A stretch of 64,000 nt of DNA, taken from Spirochaetota bacterium (GTDB lineage Bacteria > Spirochaetota > UBA4802 > UBA5550). The stretch is from NCBI GenBank assembly GCA_963664815.2, contig CAXXHB010000003.1, positions 2,400,001 through 2,464,000 of the forward strand, in the 5' to 3' direction. The position numbers and the translations under genes were made by a program. The notes under the pieces are model-generated. The model searched no databases, had not been told where the DNA came from, and saw only the letters and a list, made by a program, of their open reading frames with translations. This document shows, piece by piece, positions 10,231 to 19,721 of this stretch. Within the stretch, counting starts at the first letter, position 1, and every line of letters begins with the position of its first letter.

Positions 10231-10305
10231 TTATTTTTCCCTACGCATATCCCCCCTGAAAAAGAAATTAAAAGTATAATACCCGCTACTGTCAGGGTCA
10301 GGCAT
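10231..10305 (-). CDS. putative regulatory leader peptide MPDPDSSGYYTFNFFFRGDMRREK (MgtL-like)
   Basis: GGAGG RBS 5 nt before the ATG, 24 codons, tandem TAA TAA; lies in the long 5' leader of the Mg transporter operon. Confidence 0.6.
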   Translation of the reverse strand: MPDPDSSGYYTFNFFFRGDMRREK

Positions 10306-10484
10306 ATTGCCTCCATTTATTGTTTTGTAATACTTGATTAATGTTGATAGCCTGGGTCTTTAAAATATCTCTATGCTCAATAGCAGTATTATATGAACAT
10401 CGATTATCCCGCATCAGTTTGTCTTCTTCCGTCACACTCACCAGACAGGCTAACTTTTTAATAGACTGAAATCTGAGCTTTGTT

Positions 10485-10490
10485 TGTCAA
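10485..10490 (-). promoter_or_regulatory. candidate -35 element for the Nramp operon leader
   Basis: TTGACA on the minus strand; the -10 element is not clean. Confidence 0.3.
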
Positions 10491-10718
10491 TAAAAAATTT
10501 CTAACAGAGTTGAGTACATATCAGAATGTTTTGTATTGACTTAAAGCTTAATGAGAGCTGAAATCTCAGGAAATACGCGATACACTTTTTTTATTGACAT
10601 GTTATTAGAGTTTCAGACAATATCTGTAATAAAGAAATAAGTCATGACAAAGATTAAACCACCCGGCACAGAGATATCTGCAACATAAAAATTTAAAATT
10701 CCGGTTCAGGCAGACTTT

Positions 10719-13571
10719 ATGAAAAAAAGACTGATTACTCATGCAATTATAACAATATTGTTTCTTTTCACAGCTTTCATTGCAGATACAAACTCTGCTT
10801 ATGCCGCCCGGAAAACCCGGGTTATTGTTTATCCGTTTCAGAATACCGGCAATGCCGGGTTTCTATGGTTATCAGCAGGGATAACGAATTCCATTATAGA
10901 TAACCTGGGGCGAATATCCGGAATTCAGCTTATATCCGATACAGAGAGTAAAAAAGCCATACAGGTATATCCCTGTGACACAGCCGATCTTCCCGATGAA
11001 AAAACAATAAAGAAAATCGGCAACTTCACAGGGGCAGATATCATATTTACCGGGAACTATGCAGTCACTGACAACAGTATAATTGTAGCCGCCATACTGA
11101 TAAGAGCTGATTCCGGAACATTGAAAAAATCGATAACGGTTAATGGTACAACTGAGGGGATATTTGAACTTCAGAATAAAATAGTTTTTTCACTTATGGA
11201 TGAAATCGAAAAGCTGAAAATAACCGGCACAGAACCTCCGGTATTGACTTATAATGAAAAAAAACTGATAGAAAACAGGGTTAAACCGGGGATTGCAGCA
11301 TATGAGCTTTATTCCAGAGGACTCACCATCCGTGACAGCAATCCCGGGGCCGCTCTTGATCTTTTTAAACAGGCAGTTAAAATTGATAACAACTATATTG
11401 AAGCATTAATGGAGGTTGGTTATACAGCAGGGATTATGCTTAATCTTTCCCGGGAGGCTCTTGAATACCTCGATAAAGTCGATACATTTTTTAAAAAACA
11501 GGATGAAACAGTTTCCCCGGAATATGCAGCTTTAATGAAAAATATCGGAGACGTATACAGGAGCAAGGGTAATTCAGAAAGCGCCCTGGCATATTATATG
11601 AACAGTAAAACCGTTATAGACAGACTGGGGCTGCAGACTACCTTAACAAGTGCAGACATTATGCTCAATATCGGTATTGTATCCGACAGCAAAGGTGATC
11701 CTGCCGGCGCAATGGAATACTATAATAAATGCAAAGTAATTTTAGAAAATCTGGGACTCCAGACTACCTCAAACTATGCTGACCTGATGATCAGGATCGG
11801 GTTCATCTCGGATAACAAAGGCGATCTTGACATCGCCCTGGAGTATTACATTAAAGGTAAAATAATCATGGAGAATCTCGGGCTCCAGACAAGCTCCTCA
11901 TATGCCGATCTGATTCTCAATATCGGCGCCGTGTATGAAAACAAAGGCGATCCGGGGAGTGCCATGGATTATTATATGAAGAGTAAAATTATTATGGATA
12001 ATCTTTCTCTTCAGAAAACCTCAAGCTATGCAACTTTAATAAACAACATCGGCGGTGTATACTGGAGTAAAGGAGATCTTGCCCGTGCGATGGAATATTA
12101 CACAGACAGTAAGAAAATTATGGAGAATCTGGCGCTCCAGAAGACTTCGGGCTATGCAAACTTAATGATGAACTTCGGCATTGTATATTACAAAAAAGGT
12201 GTTCTTGACACTTCAATGGAATATTACATGAAGAGTAAGGATATTCTGGATAACCTCGGGCTCAGGGAGACATCACCATATGCCGACCTGATGGTGAATA
12301 CCGGCATTGTATATTATAAAAAAGGCGATCTTAACAGTTCCATGGAATATTACAGGAAAAGTAAGGATATTCTGGACAACCTCGGGCTGCAGAGGACCTC
12401 AGGTTATGCTAACATACTAATGAACCTCGGCATGTTATATGGCAAAAAAGGCAAAACTGCTGATTCTGTTAAATATTATAATAACAGCAAAACAATAATG
12501 GACAGCCTTAAACTGGAGAATACCGCTTCATATGCCGATTTAATGATGAACTTCGGTACAGCATACGATTTCAAAGGGGATTCTTCAGGCGCCCTTGAGT
12601 TTTATGTAAAGAGTAAATCCATTATGGATACCCTCCAGCTGCAGAATACATCCTCCTATGCCGATCTTATGATGTACACAGGTTTAGTCTACGCCCGAAA
12701 AGGTGATTCTGCAGGCGCCCTTGAGCTTTACGTGAAAAGTAAATCCATTATGGATACCCTCGAACTCCGTAATACATCTTCCTACGCTGATCTTATGATG
12801 TTCACCGGTATAGTTTACATCAGAAAAGGGGATTCTGTCAGCGCTATGGATTACTACGTTAAAAGTAAATCAGTTATGGACACCCTCAAACTGCAGAAAA
12901 CATCCTCCTATGCAGACCTTTTGATGAACATCGGTTTCCTCTTTTTTAAAAAAGAGGACATTTCAGAGGCTTCGGGATATTATATGAACAGTAAAACAAT
13001 CATGGATAATCTCGAACTTCAGGAAACTTATTCCTATGACGACCTGATGATGAAGATCGGCACAGTCGCAAATATTAAAGAGGATATTGCCGGCGCAATG
13101 GATTATTACATGAAAAGCAAAGTTATTATGAATAATCTCGGAATGCAGAATACTTCTGTCTATGCATATTTAATGATGAACATCGGTATAATATATGGTA
13201 AAAAGGACGATCCCGGCAGCGCCATGGAATATTATATGGAAAGTAAAGCAATCATGGAGACACTCAGGCTTAAGAAGAACTCTGCATATGCTGATTTAAA
13301 CAATCATATTGGTCTTTTGTATGCAAAAAAGGGGGATCTTGATATCGCTCTTGAATATTTTATAAGATGTAAAACGGTCATGGACAGCCTCGGACTTAAT
13401 AAAAATTCCGATTATGCACTTTTAATGAAAAACATCGGATTTGTTTATAAAAAACAGAGAAAATCTTTTGCTGTCATGTATTATATAAAAGCAAGTGAAA
13501 TCTATGAAAGTCTTGGATTAAAGAAAGAGGCGGAAGAAACCAGCTTAAAAGCCAAAGAGATGGATTATTAG
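10719..13571 (+). CDS. secreted TolB-like/FlgO N-terminal domain + TPR repeat protein
   Basis: Signal peptide (AYA), VYPFQNTG...WLSAGI..., GADIIFTG-type domain, then 16 repeats of 42 aa. Confidence 0.88.
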   Translation: MKKRLITHAIITILFLFTAFIADTNSAYAARKTRVIVYPFQNTGNAGFLWLSAGITNSIIDNLGRISGIQLISDTESKKAIQVYPCDTADLPDEKTIKKIGNFTGADIIFTGNYAVTDNSIIVAAILIRADSGTLKKSITVNGTTEGIFELQNKIVFSLMDEIEKLKITGTEPPVLTYNEKKLIENRVKPGIAAYELYSRGLTIRDSNPGAALDLFKQAVKIDNNYIEALMEVGYTAGIMLNLSREALEYLDKVDTFFKKQDETVSPEYAALMKNIGDVYRSKGNSESALAYYMNSKTVIDRLGLQTTLTSADIMLNIGIVSDSKGDPAGAMEYYNKCKVILENLGLQTTSNYADLMIRIGFISDNKGDLDIALEYYIKGKIIMENLGLQTSSSYADLILNIGAVYENKGDPGSAMDYYMKSKIIMDNLSLQKTSSYATLINNIGGVYWSKGDLARAMEYYTDSKKIMENLALQKTSGYANLMMNFGIVYYKKGVLDTSMEYYMKSKDILDNLGLRETSPYADLMVNTGIVYYKKGDLNSSMEYYRKSKDILDNLGLQRTSGYANILMNLGMLYGKKGKTADSVKYYNNSKTIMDSLKLENTASYADLMMNFGTAYDFKGDSSGALEFYVKSKSIMDTLQLQNTSSYADLMMYTGLVYARKGDSAGALELYVKSKSIMDTLELRNTSSYADLMMFTGIVYIRKGDSVSAMDYYVKSKSVMDTLKLQKTSSYADLLMNIGFLFFKKEDISEASGYYMNSKTIMDNLELQETYSYDDLMMKIGTVANIKEDIAGAMDYYMKSKVIMNNLGMQNTSVYAYLMMNIGIIYGKKDDPGSAMEYYMESKAIMETLRLKKNSAYADLNNHIGLLYAKKGDLDIALEYFIRCKTVMDSLGLNKNSDYALLMKNIGFVYKKQRKSFAVMYYIKASEIYESLGLKKEAEETSLKAKEMDY
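11520..13535 (+). repeat. 16 tandem 126-nt (42-aa) TPR units within the CDS
   Basis: Consensus about SYADLMMNIGxVYxxKGDxxxAMEYYxKSKxIMDNLxLQxTS, counted from the translation. Confidence 0.85.
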
Positions 13572-13590
13572 CTTTTTTGTTTCATAAAGT

Positions 13591-13638
13591 GATAAGCCGG
13601 TACCTTTCCATCTTAAAATGGAAAGGTACCGGCTTATC
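13591..13638. terminator. long hairpin between convergent genes (bidirectional terminator)
   Basis: Perfect 21-bp stem GATAAGCCGGTACCTTTCCAT / ATGGAAAGGTACCGGCTTATC with a 6-nt loop. Confidence 0.8.
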
Positions 13639-15810
13639 TTATTTAATAATTCCGTTTGATCTCATTGCCGAGAGAAGAACTTTTCGCATAATCTTCTCTT
13701 TGCGGTTAACCGGTTTATCAAGGCTCATCCTTTTTAAGAAAGGCTCCGCTTTGGGTGGTACCGGTCTGAACATCTCTGCAAGCAGCCCCCTGACAACAGC
13801 TCCTTTACTTTTTGAAGTAAGACTTTTCAGAGATGCTCCAATCAGCATCTCCTCCATGGTAAAATCTGTTCCGAAGGGGAATGGTGAAAAATATCCCTTA
13901 GCCTGATATGGTTTCAGCATGGCATCGAGTTTTTGAGGATTGTTGTGTCTGTACTCTTCAGCCAGTTCATAATCCGGAGATAGTTTTCCATTAAGCTTGG
14001 CCTTTTTAATAAGGTCATCCTGAAAACGGGAATCGGTTATTTTGAGGATCTCCTCGATTATTTTCTCATCCTGCAGTCCCCTTACATCAGCTATACCATA
14101 TTCGGTAACTATAATATCCCTGAGGTGTCTTGGAATTGTAATATGCCCGTAATTATAAACAATGTTTGATTTAACGTTTTTGCCGGATCCCCTTGTACTC
14201 TTTATCATCATGATAAGTCTTCCGTCGGGAATTGCATGAGCCATTGAGACAAAGTTATATTGTCCCCCTACTCCGCTCACCAGGTGCCCATTATCGAGCT
14301 GATCTGAGGTAATTGAACCAAGAACATGCGCCATCATCCCGGTATTTATAAATCGTCCGTCTTTTCTCTGAAGAGATCTGAGCTCTTCATCACCATAAAG
14401 CTGGTTTACTTTTTCAACAGCGGACATTCCGAACTGTGATCTTTCCTCTTCGCTCATTTCGCTGAGCGCTTTATAGAATGCGCGCGGCCCGAGGAAAAAC
14501 GCGCCGAGTATTACCTGACCGTTTTTTAATTCCTTACCGAGAAATGCTTTTATCTCCGATAAATTCTTTTCATCATAGAAGTCAGCAGAAATTTTTGTAT
14601 TTCCATCTGAAATATAACCATCTTTAAATGTCAGTCCCTTTTTCAGAATACCAAAATGTATCAGCATATCAAAGTCTTTCTGTCTCAGCCTGGGATATAT
14701 TCCCTCCTCTTCTATCATAAGTTCAATTATGTTTGACGGTATGCTGTTAGTAGCGAGTTTCTTTGCATTAATCAGCTTCATAATAGCAATGTTGTCATAA
14801 ACCTTACGTTTCAGTACACCGCTCTTGTACAACTGTAAAAATGCATCCACAAACATCTCCGATGAACCGTACAGACCCTCTTCAAACCTGCCGGTTCCGC
14901 CGAGTTTGTTTATAATACCGTTGTATTTATCAAGTATACCGGTTTCTTTCAGAACTTTATTATATTCTTCATTATGATCCTGTCTCATGTTAAGGCTTGA
15001 GGAAATTGCATCGCCAAGGGCTCCAATCCCTATCTGGAGAGTCCCGCCGTCTCTTACAAGGGGACTTACATAAAGCCCTATTGCATGGTCTCTTATCCCC
15101 ACTGAATCTTTCGGGGGTCCGAAAAGCGGGTAATTTGTTTCAGGTCCCTGAACAAGAACATCATAGTGACTCGCTTCAAAAACTGCATCACCATACATAA
15201 ACGGCAGGTTGTTGTTAACTTCACCAATAATTGCAACCTTTCTGCCGTTTTCTCTCATTTTATGCAGTTCCCTTATCCCTTCTATGGGTATATCTGTGTT
15301 GCACCCCATTGAGTACAATATCCTGCCGTCGATTTCCTTTGAAGCCAGAAGCTGCCCGTACATGTTGCAGCCCAGGTCTATGGCATCACGTACAACATGT
15401 GTGTAGTTTGAGTAAAGGTGATTTCTCTGTGCAACATTAGAGTTCATATATGCGCCGGCCTTAAAGAAAAAATCATAAATCTCTATATTCTTCGGAACTT
15501 TTCCCGCACGGTAATCCTTCATATATTCAAATTCAGGCGTCCCGGCAAAAACCCTGTCAACCAGCGGTCCCAGAAATCTTTTTTCCATATCGCTTTTCGG
15601 TATCGGTCGTTCCAGTGCAAGAGCAGATACTATGTTCAGCCTGATTGTATGATCCTCTTTTGCCCTTCTGTACAGTTCATTAATAACCAGGGCGGGTTTA
15701 CCCAGGGCCAGCGGCATTGCAAATGAAATATCCTCGCCATTCATGTATTGAAGAATATCATCAACACCCTTTTTTACGTCACTATACATTAAACCTGTTT
15801 TCCTTTCCAT
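13639..15810 (-). CDS. acetyl-CoA hydrolase/CoA-transferase family protein (long form)
   Basis: PLALGKP, SNYTHV, DGGTLQIGIGALGD, SEMFVD, SGVGGQYNFV, TIPRHLRDIIVTEYGIAD. Confidence 0.9.
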   Translation of the reverse strand: MERKTGLMYSDVKKGVDDILQYMNGEDISFAMPLALGKPALVINELYRRAKEDHTIRLNIVSALALERPIPKSDMEKRFLGPLVDRVFAGTPEFEYMKDYRAGKVPKNIEIYDFFFKAGAYMNSNVAQRNHLYSNYTHVVRDAIDLGCNMYGQLLASKEIDGRILYSMGCNTDIPIEGIRELHKMRENGRKVAIIGEVNNNLPFMYGDAVFEASHYDVLVQGPETNYPLFGPPKDSVGIRDHAIGLYVSPLVRDGGTLQIGIGALGDAISSSLNMRQDHNEEYNKVLKETGILDKYNGIINKLGGTGRFEEGLYGSSEMFVDAFLQLYKSGVLKRKVYDNIAIMKLINAKKLATNSIPSNIIELMIEEEGIYPRLRQKDFDMLIHFGILKKGLTFKDGYISDGNTKISADFYDEKNLSEIKAFLGKELKNGQVILGAFFLGPRAFYKALSEMSEEERSQFGMSAVEKVNQLYGDEELRSLQRKDGRFINTGMMAHVLGSITSDQLDNGHLVSGVGGQYNFVSMAHAIPDGRLIMMIKSTRGSGKNVKSNIVYNYGHITIPRHLRDIIVTEYGIADVRGLQDEKIIEEILKITDSRFQDDLIKKAKLNGKLSPDYELAEEYRHNNPQKLDAMLKPYQAKGYFSPFPFGTDFTMEEMLIGASLKSLTSKSKGAVVRGLLAEMFRPVPPKAEPFLKRMSLDKPVNRKEKIMRKVLLSAMRSNGIIK

Positions 15811-16340
15811 TTTTTTACTCCCTATAATCTGGTTTATTTAAATTCGCCGGATTGACAGAATCCATGCTTTGTTCCCTTTTTTGTAATTAGTCTCAGGGAT
15901 ATCTATTTTTTTACAAAAATCACTACAAACTGAGTACTAAATATTTATTATGAAATGTCAAATCTAAATACAATATTTTGAAATATTTCTGACAATTTAT
16001 AGGTTATTATTCTATAAATATTACATTACATTATATATAATAATGTAATAACTGCCATGAATACACTTTACATGGATATTTACATCATATTTTAAAGTGT
16101 TTGTTATATTTAAGAGTGCCTTAAAACAGTGTGTTCTGTATATTGTTGATATAAACCATGTAGCTTTTAAAAATAGTTAAATGTGATTTCACAGGCTGTC
16201 TGTTAATCCACTTAACATTATCCAGTATCAGTCCAAAATTTAACAAAATCAACGGGTACAAACGCAAGTCACCAGATCTATTAAACAATTTAAGGAATAT
16301 ATCCATAATTTTCAGGCGGGAAAATCCGTAGAAATATATT

Positions 16341-16374
16341 AAAAAAATGGTGCTGGTCTTTACAAACCAGCACC
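16341..16374 (-). terminator. intrinsic terminator after the thiolase gene
   Basis: 9-bp stem GGTGCTGGT/ACCAGCACC followed by a U-tract on the minus strand. Confidence 0.7.
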
Positions 16375-16391
16375 TGAAGATACAATATGAA

Positions 16392-17627
16392 TCAAATATC
16401 CCTAGTCCATAGGGAGGCCATAGCCGGTCCGCCGCCAACACAGAGCGAGGCGCCGCCAGTTGTTTTTCCTGTTCTTTCGAGTTCATAATAAAGGCTTACA
16501 ATTATTCTCAGAGCTGTACATCCCACGGGGTGTCCAAGACCTATTCCTGAACCATTGGTATTGATATTCCCGTCCTTTTCCAGTGTTCCAATATTCATAT
16601 CTATACCGGCAACTTCCTTTATCATTTTTCCAACCCCCAGAACCTGTGCTGCGAATGCTTCATTAATTTCCCAGTAGTCAACATCTCCGTACTTCATTCC
16701 TGCTTCACCAAGGCATTTCGGTATTGCAACTGCCGGCCCCAGTCCCATAACCCTGGCATCAACACCCTCACTGCATACATTTATAAGTTTCATAACAGGT
16801 TTTATACCAAGCTGCCCGGCTTTTTTCAAGGTCATCAGAACAACAGCCGCCGATGCGTCATTAAGACCTGAAGCATTTGCCGCAGTTACAACTCCGTCTT
16901 TTTTAAATGCCGGGGCAAGTTTTGACATTTTCTCAATGCTCGCATCCTTTATCGGATGTTCATCATTCTCAAAAACAAACTCCTTTTTGCCTTCTTTCAC
17001 ATTGACAGGTACTATTTCTCTTTTGAACCTTCCTTCATCAACGGCTCTTGTGGCTCTTTTATGGCTGAGGAGTGCAAGTTCATCGCATTGCACCCTTGTG
17101 ATACCGTATTGTTCGGCAATATTTTCAGCAGTTCCACCCATATGCGAGCCTGCAAGACTGCAGACAAGCCCGTCTGCAAGCATTGCATCCTCAATTTTAC
17201 CATCACCCATTCTCTGCCCCCATCTTGCGCTTCGGGATATATATGGAATGTTGCTCATGCTTTCAGTTCCCACAACCAGGGCAATGTCATTCTTTCCCAG
17301 CATAAGTTTATTCGCAGCTATCTCCAGCGCTCTCATGCCTGAGGCGCAGTTCTGGTTAATCATGCTCGCTCCTGATTCAACGGACATTCCAATCTGTTGA
17401 GAAATAATCCGTGCCGGCAGCGATCCGTTCCCATGATGCAGGCATGTTCCAAGTACTAATTCATCAATCTCTTTAGCATCAATTCCGGCTCTCCTGATTG
17501 CTTCTGTTGCAGCTATCTTTGAAAGATCATTCGCCTTCAGTGATTTCAATGATCCGCCATAAGTCCCGATTGCTGTTCTGCATGCACTGACCATTACAAC
17601 TTCATTAATTTCATTTGCCATAACCAT
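16392..17627 (-). CDS. atoB: acetyl-CoA C-acetyltransferase (thiolase)
   Basis: NQNCASG, TAANASGLNDA, EINEAFA, GHPVG and SLCVGGG catalytic motifs. Confidence 0.95.
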   Translation of the reverse strand: MVMANEINEVVMVSACRTAIGTYGGSLKSLKANDLSKIAATEAIRRAGIDAKEIDELVLGTCLHHGNGSLPARIISQQIGMSVESGASMINQNCASGMRALEIAANKLMLGKNDIALVVGTESMSNIPYISRSARWGQRMGDGKIEDAMLADGLVCSLAGSHMGGTAENIAEQYGITRVQCDELALLSHKRATRAVDEGRFKREIVPVNVKEGKKEFVFENDEHPIKDASIEKMSKLAPAFKKDGVVTAANASGLNDASAAVVLMTLKKAGQLGIKPVMKLINVCSEGVDARVMGLGPAVAIPKCLGEAGMKYGDVDYWEINEAFAAQVLGVGKMIKEVAGIDMNIGTLEKDGNINTNGSGIGLGHPVGCTALRIIVSLYYELERTGKTTGGASLCVGGGPAMASLWTRDI

Positions 17628-18065
17628 CCTCCATATATTAATTATTATAATATGCCTTTAAACATAATCTGACCGTCCTATTTTTTATTTAATGACGCAG
17701 ATTGTACCTGCAACTTAATCAAGAAGCGGAGAACATCGAATACTCCCTTTAATAAACAGTGAATGTTCCTCTTATTACTGCTGCCGGACTATGCTGAAGT
17801 GAGGAATGCCGGAATATTTATAATGTAAATCAGTAATGGTATTGAAAAGTTATCCACGGCATTCCTCAGTTGAGTCTCTTTATAAAAGCTTCCCTGAACT
17901 ATTGCAATCAGGTACATCAGTATTTTTTTTATAGGAGTATTTCTGATTTATTATATAGGGATTCCCCCTACATAAAATTTAATAACAACCGGATATTAAC
18001 CGTTGACATTTCATGTTTTATCATTTCATATCATTTTAATTATTTTATTCTGATCGAGGCAGATT

Positions 18066-18503
18066 ATGAAACCCGGGATTAAATCCGAAATAAAAGAAAA
18101 AATCTATTCTTTTTACAGAGGTATATTCACTGAGATTTTAAACACAGCCGGCATAAAATCATATAATCAGTTTATTTCTCTCTGGAGAGATTTTCAAAAA
18201 ATACACTCAGATGCCGTCGGTTCATTACTGACTGAGTATGTTGAAAATTTCACCAGCGAAGGCATTATTATTGAAAAGATAGAAGCTCAGAGTGTTGTAA
18301 TAGAAATTGTTGACAATGAAACCGGTATGCTCTACAGGCGTAACCTCCCGTTAAAATATCTGGAAACAGATAACGGAATAATTCTTTCCGGCGAAAACAG
18401 TAACGGAAAACAGTCAGATATAACTTTTTTATCAGACACAGCACTTGGGAGAATCAATGATTTAACAGGTAAAGGTCCCGACTCCTCAAGATGCGGCCAT
18501 TAA
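18066..18503 (+). CDS. hypothetical protein (145 aa)
   Basis: GAGG RBS and a TTGACA upstream; no recognised motif; ends RCGH. Confidence 0.65.
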   Translation: MKPGIKSEIKEKIYSFYRGIFTEILNTAGIKSYNQFISLWRDFQKIHSDAVGSLLTEYVENFTSEGIIIEKIEAQSVVIEIVDNETGMLYRRNLPLKYLETDNGIILSGENSNGKQSDITFLSDTALGRINDLTGKGPDSSRCGH

Positions 18504-18514
18504 CAGTTTTTTCC

Positions 18515-18697
18515 TTATTTGTCACAGCATTTTTCAGTTGTTAAGATCATTCTTTGCGACATTCCGCATTTCGGGCATTTGCTTCCGGAATTTGTACCTG
18601 GACATTCTTTACAGTAAATAATGAAACATCTTACACATTTAAACATAACATTATCTTCAGACACCTTTCCGCATGCAGGACATATGTTGCTTTCCAT
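18515..18697 (-). CDS. small Cys-rich (four CxxC) metal-binding protein
   Basis: CPAC, CVRC, CKEC, CPKC plus C-terminal CC; AAGGGGG RBS. Confidence 0.7.
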   Translation of the reverse strand: MESNICPACGKVSEDNVMFKCVRCFIIYCKECPGTNSGSKCPKCGMSQRMILTTEKCCDK

Positions 18698-18878
18698 TTA
18701 ATTCGATCCCCCTTTTATATTATTACCATATTCACATTCAATATGCCTGTTCATCATTTCAAAATATTTTCTGTTAAGAATTTTTTCTTTATAATCATAA
18801 TACAAAAGCTTCCTGTTTCGTGCCTGCAGGCAGCCATCGCTGCTGTACTGCCTGAATCTCATAATACTTGTTCTATGG

Positions 18879-18902
18879 GATTCCCGCCTACGCGGGAATG
18901 AC
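18879..18902. repeat. dRS3/RPE-like short palindromic repeat
   Basis: GATTCCCGCCTACGCGGGAATGAC contains ATTCCC-N8-GGGAAT. Confidence 0.6.
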
Positions 18903-18939
18903 AATGAAAGAACGTATTCAATCGTAAACAGCTATTGTG

Positions 18940-19548
18940 TTAAAAACATCCGGTTTCATTGAGCAGTGTTATTCTGTAACTGCTTATACCGGCAAAGATT
19001 ATATTAATACAACCATAATCCTGGGATATATTAAAGAGATTTTCAACAGGCAGCCCCATAGTATGACAGATTATCAGTCGATTAACCCCTGCATGGCCCG
19101 CAATTACTATATTTCCCTGTGATTCACGAACAATCTCCTCAAATGCCGGTATTACTCTCTCTCCGCAGTCATGAAAGCTCTCTCCGCCGGGGGGACGGAA
19201 CTTTACAATATCTCTTCCCCGTTGTTTGTATTCATCAGGATATCTTTTAATTACTTCACTAAAGCTTAATCCATCCCATTCTCCCAGTGATATTTCCCTT
19301 AACTCCGGCTTCACAACCGGTGATATTCCATGATAATCAGATATTATTTCTGCCGTTGCAAATGAGCGGGTAAGATCACTGCAGAATACAGCACTTACCT
19401 TGATCCCGCTGAGTATTCTCCCCAGACGCTTCCCCTGCGCTCTTCCCTCTTCATCAAGCATCAGGTCTGTCTGACCTATAAAATATTTCTCTGTTTCATC
19501 GGTACTGATTTTTCCATGCCTGACAAGATAAATGTTATTGAATTCCAT
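18940..19548 (-). CDS. histidine phosphatase family protein (CobC/GpmB-like)
   Basis: YLVRHG, SDL-x-R, LREI-x-LG-x-WDG, PPGGES, IAGHAG. Confidence 0.9.
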   Translation of the reverse strand: MEFNNIYLVRHGKISTDETEKYFIGQTDLMLDEEGRAQGKRLGRILSGIKVSAVFCSDLTRSFATAEIISDYHGISPVVKPELREISLGEWDGLSFSEVIKRYPDEYKQRGRDIVKFRPPGGESFHDCGERVIPAFEEIVRESQGNIVIAGHAGVNRLIICHTMGLPVENLFNISQDYGCINIIFAGISSYRITLLNETGCF

Positions 19549-19656
19549 TTTCTTTTATTACCTTTCAATTCTGTTTTACAGCTTAACAATTAATAATAAT
19601 TCCTTAACAATTTTCAATAATAATCCCTGATCTTTTTTATTATAGAAAATGCTCTG

Positions 19657-19687
19657 TTCTCACCGCCGCCAATGCCGGCGGTGAGAA
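19657..19687. terminator. stem-loop after the CoA ligase gene
   Basis: 12-bp stem TTCTCACCGCCG/CGGCGGTGAGAA, 7-nt loop; no clear U-tract. Confidence 0.55.
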
Positions 19688-19721
19688 TTAAACGTTTATT
19701 TTAAACTGAAATATTAAGGAA

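Noticed and set aside
9984-10500. M-box (ykoK) or yybP-ykoY riboswitch upstream of the Nramp gene
   Set aside because: Only GGTGAG matches; the other conserved M-box and Mn-riboswitch segments were not found by eye
11520-13535. Periodic DNA that could be taken for a CRISPR array or DGR repeats
   Set aside because: It is in-frame 126-nt coding repetition; no cas or reverse transcriptase genes are present
16025-16049. AT-rich inverted repeat ATTACATTA-N7-TAATGTAAT
   Set aside because: Low complexity with no identifiable regulator; plausible by chance
17850-17858. DnaA-box-like TTATCCACG
   Set aside because: Single imperfect box with no origin-type gene context
18698-18904. 68-aa ORF starting MSFPRRRES
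   Set aside because: Its start is simply the translation of the dRS3-like palindrome; no RBS or domain support
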